DNA of 48,191 nucleotides, counting the filler, from Streblomastix strix (taxonomy: Eukaryota), in assembly GCA_008636045.1 (NCBI GenBank). It is 2 parts of 2 records of this genome, joined end to end, with 100 filler letters (N's around TTAATTAATTAA, not from the genome) between each part and the next. Parts side by side here need not be neighbours in the genome. Positions count along the whole stretch, not along the records: positions 1 to 24,086 come from SNRW01000249.1; positions 24,187 to 48,191 come from SNRW01000250.1. One strand, 5' to 3'. Shown here piece after piece: positions 12,135 to 25,250 of this stretch. The notes under the pieces were generated by a model, which searched no databases, was not told where the DNA came from, and saw only the letters and a list, made by a program, of their open reading frames with translations. Every line of letters starts with the position of its first letter. The stretch's first letter is position 1. Made by a program: the position numbers and the translations under genes.

Positions 12135-13602
12135 ATGACTAACATCGGTTTACAAATTATCAACTCAGATTCAGATAAGGATTATGTAACATGGCAAACA
12201 ACTATCCCTAGTGGAAGTTAAAGCTTTTAAGTTAATAGTATCAGTAATATTTCAACTAATTTAACATATTATTTGAATAATGATTATATAGAAATATAGC
12301 ACAATATAGTTTCAACTAATGATAGAAAAATATATTATTAAAATCAAATTGGTGAAAATTAATTCGAATATATATTATAGGAATAATTGCCACCAATTCG
12401 GATTAGTTTGAATGCAGCAGTTAATAACGCTTATACTAGTGATTAAACGTTATAAGGATATAAAATTTTAACCTGTATTACTTTACTAAACATTAACTAC
12501 ATTACATAACTTCGCTGATTCGGTTGAGAAATATTTTAGACTATAATCAACTTTGAACAGTTGCGCAATATGCTTTAATAATATAATTAATGAACATGTT
12601 TAAATATTATAGAATAATCAGTACAAATTAAATTAGAATTATGGGTAAGATTTAAAAAGTTCAGCAATAAATTACATTAACGTTACATTCGATGCATTTC
12701 TCAACAATTATTGGATATTTTATACAGCAGTTAATTTTGCATATCGAATGATTGGATTAATACGATTATATAACCCAACTTCAAATAATTACATAACAAC
12801 TATAGAACCAAAGAATTTTACAGGACATGAATTATCAGTACGATACTTATTTTGTAAATAAGTTGATGTAAATCCTATTGGAATATTTACAACAACTGAC
12901 GTATAACCTGTGAATGTATAACAATTAACAATGTCATAAATCATTAGAAACATAAACACATTTCCTATAAGACTAATCTGTTCATTTCTTGCACTTTGTA
13001 TTAAAGAATAAGAAAGCATTTACATAGCAGTTGGAAGAACTAATTACTAAGGATAATTTATCTCATAAGTTGTAACTGAATATTGTTAGTAAAATAACCT
13101 TTATTGGTTTTGTAATGTTATACTATTATCACCAAATCTATACGTACAATTAGTTGGTGGATAAGATCTTTATGATGGATAAAACGAAAATAGAGCCAAT
13201 TAATTAATTTATTTATCATCAGCTATTAAGTAAATTGTTCTCGAAGTATGGTTCTATTAAACAAAATATAATAATTAAAGTTTAGAAGTTGATCTTCCAA
13301 TATTCTGTCCATATATCGGGAATTTTCTAGAGTATCCATAAATGCTGATAATTTGTGTATCTAATTAATTATAAGGAATAACTCTATCATCAACTGAAGA
13401 TAATGGATTCTCAAATATATGTTTCAAATAGAATTTGGTTGATGCACCAGTACTATGGAGATGGAATATGATGAGTTAGTAATGCCTTGTAGGATAGAAC
13501 AAATCGTTAGTGTTTACATTATATGATAATTTTGGTAGAAAAGTACCTATATAATATATGGATATGTATAATAATTTACTTCTCGAGATACAATTTTAAT
13601 GA
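12135..13602 (+). pseudogene. Putative minor capsid (penton) protein, copy 2, ~490 codons, one frameshift near 12470
   Basis: MTNIGLQIINSDSDKDYVTW... is paralogous to 2249-3340. The C-terminus LVFTLYDNFGRKVPIQ...LLLEIQFQ* fits the '(I/L)x(L)xDxxGxx(I/V)...LxLxF' ending typical of Polinton/PLV pentons. Confidence 0.65.
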
Positions 13603-13636
13603 GCTGTCTATATATATTATTTTTATTTTAATCAAA

Positions 13637-14614
13637 ATGTCCTATCTAAAGAAAGCAGAGCAAATTAAATTATTTAAAATCAATAACAAAAACTTTAATG
13701 ATACATTAAAGGTAAACTATCTTAAAGAATAACTCAATGAATATTTAGACAAAATTAATTATAAGAAAAGAGGAAGAAATAACTACAATGATTTGAAGAC
13801 TCATCTAAAATAGATACATTAATATAATCAGTAAATTATCAAAGCAAAAGATCTAATTTAACATTTCAAATAGAATTAATATGATTAAGATTTATAAGAA
13901 TATCGTAGAGAATAATAGTAACAATAAGCAGATATTTACTATGATGATTTATAAGAATAGAATCGATAATTACATTAAGATTTAACTCATTATCATTCTA
14001 ATTAATAAGAACAAGATTTATAAGAATATCACAGAGAATAAAACTAATACGAAGCTAATGATTTCCGGACTGATTATATCATCAAAGAACAAGAGTAAGC
14101 TAGAAGAAATATAGATTAAAAATATGAAGCGTATCTTCAATATTAAACAATTACCAAAAAAAAAGAAATTTTTGATTAAATTTATTAATTTAGTGGATAA
14201 AATGTTAAAGAAATAGATAATGATGCAAGTACTATTTTATATTTTCTTCCTGAGGATATGAAATAATGAATTGCTACAGTTTATAATGCAAGATAAGTAT
14301 TTGATCCTGAACGTGTAATTCCTAAAGCAGAATATAATGGATAACTTTGCGAATTACATTATAATAATGTTATCTAATCATTAAGAGATATAGATAAGTT
14401 TGTTGATGAAGTTTATAAAGAATAATTCCATTAAGCATTCAAGATATAATTCAATTTTGAAATCATTTACGAAGAACATAACCATGATTAGAACGAATAA
14501 GTTCAAGTTAATTATGGATATATATTACTTAGAGATACACGAATACATGAACATACTCCTAAACTTATATAATTTGAAAATAATAATGAAGAGTATAAAC
14601 AATATATTATATGA
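13637..14614 (+). pseudogene. N-terminal (terminal-protein side) fragment of a second, divergent pPolB
   Basis: YNNVIQSLRDIDKFVDEVYKEQFHQAFKIQFNF matches YDNEIIQLSYINELIYTVYEENN*RAFKIQFLF in the N-terminal part of the 4337-8858 polymerase. Gln-rich QDLQEYxREQ repeats; truncated at ~14614. Confidence 0.7.
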
Positions 14615-15334
14615 GGTCAGCTAATATTTTTCAAGATTTTTATAGTAAAAGTGCCCATTTTATAACTTATTAAGAAATTTTACCTTTATAATTTAAATAT
14701 AATACAAATATATTATTCTAATATAGATTTATTATACATAAACTAAGAAAAAAAAATTTTTAAAAAAAATTTTTTGGTTTTATTCATTAGTAAATATATT
14801 TTCATTATTAATAATTTTAATTTTTCTAATTAAAGTTTAATACAATAACCATTAATATCAATTATTTATGATTATTTGGATTAATATCATACAATTAAAT
14901 TTAGCATTATTTAATGATTTTCTTTAATAATTCATAAAATTCAATAAAAAAATTCGTAATTTTTATTTATTTAATTGATTATTTTATTAATTTTATTGCA
15001 ATAACAAAATATAAAGTAAAAATACTTTATTAATCATTATGAAAAGTTGAACTATTCCATTATTTTTTCATCATAGAAGTTCTGCTCTAATACAAAATAA
15101 TAGATGAGAATTTATTAATTAATAATTATATTTATAAATAAAATATAAAAAAATTAGGAAATAAACATTTTCTAGTAAATTTTAGATTGTTGAATTTTAT
15201 TAGAAAATATTTAATTTAATAATGTTTAAAAAAAATACTTTTTTTATTATTTTCTCAAAAACTAGCCTATCAGTATTTTTTCCATATTATAAAAAAGTTT
15301 TATTTACATTCAATATATTTGAATATGGTTGTGA

Positions 15335-15400
15335 CATTCTCCGGAAAAATCATTTTTAAATGTCTGAATTTCGTAAAATGTCTGAATTTCACACAGAATG
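15335..15400. repeat. Probable end of a TA-flanked DNA transposon
   Basis: Two direct copies of AAATGTCTGAATTTC (15358-15372, 15376-15390) ending in ...CAGAATG followed by TA. Partner end not found. Confidence 0.35.
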
Positions 15401-16009
15401 TATATTATTAAAATAATGATATTATTATATCAATTTTATATTTTCTTAATTCAGTCAGCATGAGGAGTCTTCGATTGTAACTTTGACGTTTTACAACTGA
15501 TATTTATTTGTAAGTCCCTTAAATTGATTTTAAAATATTTAATGATTTAATTAAATTTTATAATAATTAATTACATTATTATATTTTAATTCATAACAAC
15601 TCTAATTTGTGAAATAAATTTAAAATATAATAGAATTCGGAAAATTGAATTAAATTTTTATATAATATTACTATTTAATATGACAAAAAAAATGAAACAG
15701 AATAATGATATCAACCACAAATGGAATATATGACTTGTAGATAAAAATTCTTTATCTTCAAAGATATTTGGATGTAAAATGATGAATGAAACTATGATTG
15801 ATAGAAGTGATGATGCTAATATTCCAATAACTATGAAAAATCCATATATTTGATTGATAATAAATGTCCGAAGTGGGTTGTGAAGAAGTAAATTCAAATC
15901 ATCATTATAATGTAACTATAATTAAAAATTATAATATATTAAATACTATATGAATATAAATATATTTAAATATATATAAATATTAATATCTATTATTAGT
16001 TATTTATAC

Positions 16010-16400
16010 ACTTTTGAAGTCTAGAATTCAAAAATCCACTGAAGACATCCCAAATAGAGTTGTACTCACGATAAGATACATTTCAGAGCTGAATCTATGT
16101 ACTATTCCAGTTTCAATGATTAAATCAGTAGCTAAGTTGATTCTTGATCTTAAGAAGAGGATAATGAGAACAAATGCAACATCAGATACAATCAGAATAG
16201 CTCAAACATCTTTAGTAACTATGCAGATAGTTTTCTCAGTTTGTAATGGATCTTTGTAATGGTTAAATTAATATATTAATAACAACAATCCAGCAATGAA
16301 TATAAAAATGATTGCAGCTATTATATATCCATATAATAATCTTACCACAACAAGGGAATATTAATGTCCATAAGAGAGCGAATATTACTGTATGTATATA
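16010..16400 (-). pseudogene. Membrane protein fragment, possibly choline transporter-like (CTL/SLC44)
   Basis: Hydrophobic helices and FVLIILFLRSRINLATDLIIETG, resembling the CTL 'FLRxRIxLA' segment; internal TGAs. Confidence 0.4.
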
Positions 16401-16589
16401 AACTATTAAAATCACTTGCAAACATTGAATTAAAATAAAATATAAAGATATAAAATTGTAAATAAATAATTAAATTACAGCATAATCAAGGTATCATTAA
16501 TACTTTTTGTGAATTCACCATAAATTACAGTATATTCAGGAGGAACCGTTTAATAATTAAGAATTTTGTATTGAATGTACATCTCATTA

Positions 16590-18600
16590 CCAGCGATTTT
16601 GGTAAGAAATTTCTGTTAGTGGCAGCAAAAAATTTTGATTGGCTGCATTTTTTTTTAAATTTCATTTTTTAGCTATTTTCCAATTAAAAACTTTTATTTT
16701 TAATTTTCAACTTTTTTTTTAAAAAAAAATATTTTTTTAAAATGGAAAAATTTTAAAATTTCGGATAATTTATTTTAACTATTTTATTTAATAAAATCAT
16801 CTTTAGTTCTAATAATTTCTTAACAAAATTTCAAAATTTGAAATTAAATTAAATTCTATTTAATTAAAACTGCCATTATTATTTTTAATTATTAAGTTTT
16901 ATTCATTTGAGTCAGTTTATATCGATTTATGAAATTGTTTTTTAATTAATAGATTAATACATTCAGAAATTTCAGGAGATAAATCAATAATATTATGGAA
17001 ATCAGCTCAGCAATTGCCAGGAGATTCTTTATGGCTTTCTTTTCCAACTTTAGTCTCTTGATAAGGAAACACATATGAATATGCAACTATCATTTCAATT
17101 TATATACTTTCTAATGTTCCTTACACTAGCATTCATCCTAATTAACCATGAAATTGAGAAACAAACCGCTCTTTCTTACGTTTATATAAATTAAAAATTA
17201 TTTTCCCATTAATCATTAAATTTTATATATTATTTTTGGTTTGAACTTTAAAAATTACACTTCACTTGGCTGATAATAGGAAAGAACGAAGTATTTGTAA
17301 CAGTTACATTCTTAGATTACATTGATAGTTACATATCATTACATGGAAAGCATTACTATCTAAAGAAATTGAGATAACTTAAGTGTAAGTAATATATATA
17401 AAGTGTTTAATCATATATCTCGTAATCTATGAATGATTTATTCCATTTGTTTCAATTGTAATCACCTTCATTTGACTTTTATTCTGAATTATACGTTGAT
17501 GAAGGTCGATTACACATTAAAAATGTTATCTACCTTGGAGATAACACATTGAAGTGCCTAACAAATGCATGCCAGATTGTGTCATTTCTGTTATCTATAA
17601 TAGCATTCCTTGGATTAATTATTTATTCAATCATTAATGTTTTATTCATATTCAAAAAAAAATTTAAGAATGTTGTATTAATCAGTAAATCAAATGAAAA
17701 AACATAAGACAATTCAATAAATATATGTTGAACTTAATATATTGAGTATGCATCATCTGAGTTCAATGCAATTCTGGTGTGATATTGTTATAATTATTAT
17801 ATCATTGATATTAGTGATTATAATATTCATTTATATTCCATTATATTCATTTATATTCAACTTCATAATTGCAATCCCATGGTTATTATTCACAAGTGCG
17901 AGATTATGCTGTGAGTTTGGATTTACAATTGAAGAAGCTACTCATTCATTTATTCCATAAATTCAATTCTTGATATCAAATGTTGTATTATACATAAGTC
18001 TTTGAATTATATTTTATTCACAATGAATTTTGTTGAAAGCAGAAGATGGCTACTAACAGTTGTTGGACAACCATTGATTGATATATATGGATTGAAAGTT
18101 AAGATGGAGAATAATAATATTAAATTTAAGTCTATTGGAAAAGATAAATGATTATTTAATCAAAATTATGTCTCTGGCTTCATCTATTGTTCTGAATCGT
18201 TTTACATTAAACTTTCTATGTATTCATCATACTCTTTTATCGATTCTTAAATATCTTCTTCTTCATCCGTTCCAACTTTACTGCTATCAGATTCTTCTTC
18301 AGAGGAAGATTAATCACTATCACTTCCATCAAATTCATTATTAAATCTTTCCAAAATTTGTGATTTTGGTTATCAAAATCTGTGTGGCTCGCCTAGCCAA
18401 GCTTCTGAAATTAGTTCAGCATCCTCATCTTTGATCTCCTCTTCTGAATTTAATCCGATTGCCAGAAACAAGTTGAGCATAGGCTACGAAAGACGGTTTC
18501 TAATGGAAGACTTAATCTGTTTCATTACTCTAAATTGTCTATCGGCTTGCGCATTGGAGAATTTTGTGTGATATATATTTTTGCTAACTTCTTTATGAAA
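16590..18600 (-). mobile_element. hAT-related DNA transposon remnant, copy 1
   Basis: Collinear similarity to 30038-32416. Minus strand ~18420-18560 encodes SNAQADRQFRVMKQIKSSIRNRL (hAT C-terminal dimerization motif) followed by an acidic tail. AGTGGCAGC subterminal motif. A second degenerate ORF lies at ~16960-18110. Confidence 0.7.
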
Positions 18601-19719
18601 TGTAGATTCTGATATTTATTTACTTTCTAATTATACATTTCCAAATTTTTAATTTAATAAATTAATTTCATTTAATCCATATTAGATGCGCAAATTTGGA
18701 TCTGTTGGTATTTTAATTGAATTAAAGATGTTGAAGGCTGATAGAATTTCCTTATTTGGAAATTTATTTGTTAAATTAATATGACGCTATTCGTCAATTA
18801 AGTTTAAATAAAGTTTATTTGATCAAACCCGTAAGCAAAAAATTTTTGGAAAATATTTTTGTATCTCAATTATTTATATCAATAAATAAAATTTAATGTT
18901 AGACAAATATGAATAAATACTTTTTTAATTATCCCACCCAAGCTATCCCCTCATACATAAAAGCGCACGATGGTTTACTCATGGATTTCAGAGGGGAGAC
19001 AATGCAGTCTATTACCACAATGCTGACCCTACTTACTAACCCAAGCTTCGCCATATGTCGGCTAATTATGAAATCATTAGGTAGTGGAGATAAATTAAAA
19101 TTAAAGTAAAATAAAATCAACTTTTTAATATAATGATTGGACTCTTAATTCAAATAAAATTCAACTAATAATATTTATAATCATTGGTAACACAAGTTAT
19201 AATGATTAATTTATAAAAATATTCAGGGCATATAGAGCTCGTCTGTTCATGAATTTTCTCCAGATGGTCCATAAATTGCTGAAGCCCTTGAATTGAATCA
19301 TCCTAGTATGATTTAAAAATTAAAATGAAAAAATAAATTATAATAAAAAATTAATTTAAATTTTAGTTATTATCAATGAATATCTTTAAACAAAAAAAAT
19401 TATATTTTTTCAAATTTTCTCGTTTATAAATAATAATTATATGATATTTAACTATATAATTTATTTAAATTTAAATTTGTAGTATATTTAATTGAAGAAT
19501 ATATCAAATATTTACTTATATGACAAACGACAAACATTTATGAATTTCTTGCCCATTTTTTACTATTAAAAATAATGTTTTACATATTTAGATATATATA
19601 GTCTAGAAACATTAAAAAAATATTATATTTTAATCATTTTCTTAATATTAAATTTAATGCATAGATTTATTAATTTTTTTTTACTTTTTACTATAACTAG
19701 AGTTGTATTTTGTATTTTT

Positions 19720-21480
19720 CAAACTTTAATAGATCGTTACTTTCATTGCCATAAAACTAGAAAGCTAGAATATTCATTAAAGCAATAGCAGCTATACAGT
19801 TCGCTATTTTCGTGATAACAGTATTCAATACTTTAGCTTCACAAACTATTTCATCATTACCCTTTCAATTTACCAAATATCATATTTCTCATAATCAAAT
19901 ATACATATCTCAATTACAATCTTAGTAATCAACATTTTCAATCCTTCACTATGTAAACGAATCACTCCACCATTCTGATTCTAATCACTTGTTTCAAATC
20001 ATCTAACACATCCAGACAAGAAAATATCCTGAATTGTGTAGATGAATGAGTTAACATCTGTTGAGAGTGTGTTGCTTTACTATTTATTATTTTATTATAA
20101 TAATAATTCTTGATTATATTATTAAGTGATTGAGATTATACTTGCTGGTTGCTATAGAATCATGAAGAAGAATAATCAATGATTCATTTGCTATTATATC
20201 TTCAAATAAGCTTTCATATATTCCTGTTGAAATATTTCAAAACCATTCCATCACTTTCTTATTAGAAGTTTTTCTAAGACCTTAAACTCCAATAATTCTT
20301 CCACTTCTCAAGTATACATCTTCTACAAATACATTCTATACAACAGAATATCCAATAATAACTGAATAAGTAATGTGCTGGTATTGTAGAGTTATGAGAA
20401 TAGACACAAGGAGCTCCAAATCCATCTTTCACATCTCAATATTACAAGAAATGCATTTCTTCCTTTCAAATCAATAAATCCAACAAGTGCTGATATTTCT
20501 TGCATTAACATATTCAATCTCGAAATTATCATAAAATGTCTTTCACCTCCTTAGACCACAAAATAAGAGAAACTCGGTCGAGTATAGATTTCTATTTCAT
20601 TTATAGCACATATCACAATGTTTATTGTATCAGCACGAGTTTGTGAAAGAGTCATTACTTCATATTCCTGACTTACACTCTATTATTGATTTCTATATGC
20701 GATATAGAAGTTTATTACTAAATCAGCATCATCATTAACAAACAAACATATTGAAAATGAATGTTTCACTTCGAAATATGTCATATTCACATAAATATCT
20801 CCTCCTTTTCCTTTCAAACTCAAATCCGATTCACAATATTTGAATACAACTAATTCTGCTTCAATCCTGCTCTTCTCACATGCATTTACATGGATAGCAC
20901 ATACAAAAGATGTATATATAGCTTCAAGAATAACACCATTCATTAATTATAATTTTCAGTTTAATCCTCCATTCATCAGAGTAGCACTTCCTTTGTCTTC
21001 TATTCTGATATTCGAGATCAAATATTGCTCGAATCTCATAATTTTAGATTTTGATCCAATTTCAATCAAACTTCTCATATATTAGAATTATTTATTATAT
21101 TAATTATTTTATTCATCATTCTTCAAAATATCAACTCTTTCCATTTTCATATCAATCAGAACTACTCCATAAAATGGAACTTCAAATGCAGATACTTTAG
21201 TAATTTCTTCTAAAGGCTATAACCCACAAGCACAAAGTCTTCATAATTCTATTAATCCATATTCATCCATTTGAATAAATACTGATGATACTTCCGAAAC
21301 TTCTGCAATCATATCAGATATATCCAATTGCTAATCTTCAAAGAATAATAAGATGCCAAGAAGAATATTTCTTAGTACTTAACTTCTCCAATTTTCATAA
21401 TATACAGATAAGCTTGATCGGAGAATTCTGTATTTCTATTTTCATCATAGTAAGCAGAACTCAAAGAAAAGAAAGTCTGG
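19720..21480 (-). pseudogene. Degenerate fragment of a large beta-helix-like surface protein gene
   Basis: Long stretches of open frame with FKYCESDLSLKGKGGDIYVNM (GGAIY-type repeat motif); many TGAs and frameshifts. Confidence 0.45.
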
Positions 21481-21499
21481 CAAAGTTCATCATACACTT

Positions 21500-22150
21500 A
21501 CAACGATCCAACTCTAATTGTAGACGCCTGTGATGGCAACACCGACCCACAACTAAAATTGAAGATTCAGATCTAAAATTTCACAATACGCTTTGCAAAC
21601 ACAGCACCAACATTCCCCTATATTGTAGAATTATCACCACCAACACTTATACGCATATAATCATTATCGTATGAAACGTAGGTATTTGAGGTCAATCTTG
21701 TCTATTGTGATGTGCGTGGTAGAGAGATAGGAGTGTGTGGAGCTATGTTTCATGTAGAATAAGGAGATGTGTCAATATACAACTGCACTTTCAGAGGACC
21801 TGAATCTGTTTATGATCTTTCATCTACTTCTCAATATCATGATATCCTGCAAAGAACAGCTGCTGTGTATTGGGGTATTAAATGCTATTTAATATACATT
21901 AGTAATAGATAATACTATGGACTTTACCAACGCGCTAATCAAGTGAGCAATGATTCAAGTTTATAAAGTTTCATTCGAGAGACACTGGAATGTGATAACC
22001 TACCTTTCAAGAACAGAAACACCAACTTTGTAACTGTCTGTAGTATTCTAAGGTGTTGAAGGAAGATCAAGTTTGTGATTGCTATCAACATATACTTTTG
22101 CTAGAGAGTATTACAGTTAGACTTTGTATGTAGGAAGCTCAAATTAATAA
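21500..22150 (+). pseudogene. Degenerate host gene fragment, possibly beta-helix-like
   Basis: GC-richer frame GAMFHVEQGDVSIYNCTFRGPESVY...; disrupted. Confidence 0.3.
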
Positions 22151-22330
22151 TTGTTATTTCTTTCTGAAGCATACATTGTTTTATTTGAAATAATATAATA
22201 ATAAATTGAAACGGAAAATAAAGGCGAATGAAACGAAATTTAGTAAATAAACATATCATGCAAACAGCATGACTTAAAATTAGGAAAAATCAAGATTCTT
22301 TTGCTCTAAAACTTCATTTCGAATAGTACT

Positions 22331-23975
22331 TCATTTTGACTTTATTTCTTTTGTAGTTTCAGATTTTCGAAGTTAGGAATTGTCAATTCTCCTTCTCTTC
22401 CTCTTCGGGGCATCTTCTGGGTTAATATCAAACGTATTGCCGCTGCTCTTTTCTAATAGACCAATGCGATTGATCCATACTTTCGCTTGATCTGGACCAA
22501 TAATTTCGCCATGTTCCTCTTTCATGCTGTTTTCATCATCATCATCGTCATCAACAGAGATATCTGGAGGAGGTTAAATATGATGATGCAGATAAGCTTT
22601 GAAAGGGGGGTATCTGTTCTTAGGAACAATTTGTTTACTTATTGAACTTGAATTAGGATTAATCCAATTGCGCTCATTGAGGGTTGACTGTGGAGAAGCA
22701 TAAATTATTTGATTAATAGAAGTAAAAAATGAATAATTTTTTACGTTTATTATTTGGAGAAGATTTATATTTTATTGTTAGTTATTTCTTTAATAAACTT
22801 TCACACAATGTTCTGTTGTAGATTCTGATTTATGTGTGTTTAAATATTAAGACATCTTTTCAGAAAAGATGTTTATATCTGCTGATGATATCTATTTGCA
22901 GACATCCTATGACTGTGAGCCATAATTTCCAAAAAAAGAGTCAACAATGCTCTTTCCGTGTCCCTCAATCCAAAATGATATAAAGACCTATTTTGGATGT
23001 TTAATAAATTATTAATTGCAAAGAATGTGATACAATGTCATTGATGAATGGAAACAGGGACCTTTATCGAAAAAGAAGAAGAAACGATCTTTGTCTTAAA
23101 AAAATGGACGTTGTAGAAGAGTATTAAGGCAAGTGCATACTTATATTGCATCTTTGTTTTATATGTGAGAATTATGGGTATATGTTAATTCTTATAATTA
23201 ACCAGTTGATGAGAGATTATAACAAATAAACGTTAGTACTGAGACTTTTAAAGGATTGTAGAAATCAGTAGATGTTTATCTTTTCTGAAATTGGAAAGGT
23301 AGAGATTATTTAAAGTCTCCAACGATTATTATTTCGGAATTGGACAGATGTGATTATATGTTTTCGTAAAATGTCTTTTGATCTTTTGCAAATTATTTGT
23401 GGATTTTTACTATTCTTAAGTGAAATGTTTCTTGGTTGCTTCGTGGTTATTATTACTATTTTAATTCCAATTATTTTGCAATTTCACATAACACGCAATA
23501 ATCAGTACCTCTAGACTATTTTACGATAAGACCTTTAATAGAATTGCAGAAGAACGTGTACCCAATCTAGAATTCTGGATACGTTTAATTGTACAGACGA
23601 TGATATTCCTTTAAATTTTGGCTGTAAGTGTATTTATGATATTGATTTTCTTCAGTGAATACGTCTTCAAATTTAAGATTAATTTGCGCTGAACCAAAAA
23701 GACCGTCCCAAGGATCTACTCCACTTTCATGAAATTCTTTAAGTGTCTCTACAATGGAACTTTGCATAACTAATAAAATAATTAAATATAAAGAGTTTTT
23801 TCTTTCAAAAAATAGGAAATTAATTATACCTCGTTTCCCCATGAGAGAAGACTTCTCTGTTTATTCTCTCATGAATTTATAAATCATTAAATTTATTGTA
23901 TCACGTTTGAGCTCCCATTTCGTTTGTCTATTCTCTAATTCAATCTTTTCTTCTTCATTCCTTTTACTTTTTCGA
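22331..23975 (-). CDS. Sola2-like DDD transposase, intron-containing, 5' end lost at the assembly break
   Basis: TDYCVLCE...H, IIVGDFKQ, FFDKGPCF, FWIEGHGKSIVDSFFG. Main exon open with TAR=Gln. GT-AG introns at ~23778-23829 and ~22689-22744. TGA at 22331-22333. Confidence 0.75.
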
Positions 23976-24086
23976 GGAATAAAGGTCCCTGTTTCCATTC
24001 ATCAATGACATTGTATCACATTCTTTGCAATTAATAATTTATTAAACATCCAAAATAGGTCTTTATATCATTTTGGATTGAAGGAC

Positions 24087-24185
24087 NNNNNNNNNNNNNN
24101 NNNNNNNNNNNNNNNNNNNNNNNNNNNNNNTTAATTAATTAANNNNNNNNNNNNNNNNNNNNNNNNNNNNNNNNNNNNNNNNNNN
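24087..24185. other. Assembly gap with artificial TTAATTAATTAA spacer
   Basis: N-run with a central palindromic all-frame-stop linker. Confidence 0.95.
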
Positions 24186-24399
24186 NTAGGTAGATATTGC
24201 AGATTGCTGAGAATTCTTTTTCTAGAAAATCGTTAAAATTATTAACTTTTAATCCGATTAAATTTATTTATTTGAATTGTTGATTTGCCGTCTATAAAAA
24301 ATTTCATACTCTTGTTTTTATTGTTTATGTAAATATTTGTTTAGTTATATAACTTTTTAGAATAAATATTAATTATTCGGAGAACTAGAATGAATTTGA

Positions 24400-25250
24400 G
24401 CACTTAACATATTTATTTAAAGTACTTAACAAGAGAAGAAGTGAAGAAATTGAATCATAATTAATAAATAATGGAAATATATATCGATTTATAGATAATG
24501 TAAAGAATTATGCAAAAAATACCAAAGAAGAGTTAATAAATTAATACATTGATAGAAGAAACCCAAAATCAATGTGGTGCTGGTGAACTTGAATTGTTAT
24601 GAGTTTGAACATTTTTTGTTTCTATTTTGATTAATAAATATAATAAATTGAAAATAAAATGAATAAATCTGTTTTAATTATTAATTATTCAAATTTTTGA
24701 TATTATATTAAATATTTAATCAATAATGAATTAAGATTGTTTTAGATGTTATTTGTTTATTTAATACATTTTAATATTATCATATCAAAAACCATTAATG
24801 AAAATTATTCAATTATTAATTTTGTAATTTAAAAAAGCTTTGCATTTGTTTATACTCCAACAATGTCTCGATTATCACTGTTGAAAATCAAAGCAATATT
24901 TTCTTCTACCAAACCATTTTCTTCAGTTTCAACATTTTTCTCATATAATTATTTCTTCTTTTTTATATCAATTACTTAATTCGATAGATTCTTTAACAAT
25001 GATTATAGAACTTCAATATCGGCACATAGAATATCATCATCCTTACCTAATCCTCCAACTTAACTCATCAAATTTTGAATTAATTTCAACATTTTTAATT
25101 TATTTATCATCCAATCAGTCTCTTTAATATTCGTGAATTTATTCACTGAATTGATTATTTTTAATGAACTTATTTATTATTAAATAGATTCAATAGATAT
25201 AAAATTATTCAATTAATTATTTTCTACAATTTGAATAAAATAAGAGATAA
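24400..25250. pseudogene. Two convergent 3' fragments of a related helical-repeat gene family
   Basis: Plus strand EESEEIESQLINNG...NYAKNTKEELINQYIDRRNPKSMWCW* (~24430-24590). Minus strand ETEENGLVEENIALIFN...NAK (~24840-25250). Confidence 0.35.

Larger units (their letters stand above)
1..14614. mobile_element. Cluster of degenerate endogenous Polinton/Maverick-like virus sequences (probably at least 2 elements)
   Basis: Tightly packed intronless ORFs (TAR=Gln) including pPolB, rve integrase, two penton-like genes, KilA-N and a second PolB N-terminus. No TIRs identified with confidence. Confidence 0.85.

Noticed and set aside
2530..12480. Programmed frameshift shared by both penton-like genes near codon 100-115
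   Set aside because: The shifts are in different directions (+2/-1 in an (AT)n run versus +1) and at non-identical sites, so decay or sequencing error is more likely.
23978..24086. ~109-bp inverted repeat of ~22960-23068 as a TIR
   Set aside because: It copies internal transposase coding sequence and abuts the assembly gap, which is typical of an amplification or assembly inversion chimera.
24131..24142. TTAATTAATTAA palindrome
   Set aside because: Artificial scaffolding linker within Ns.
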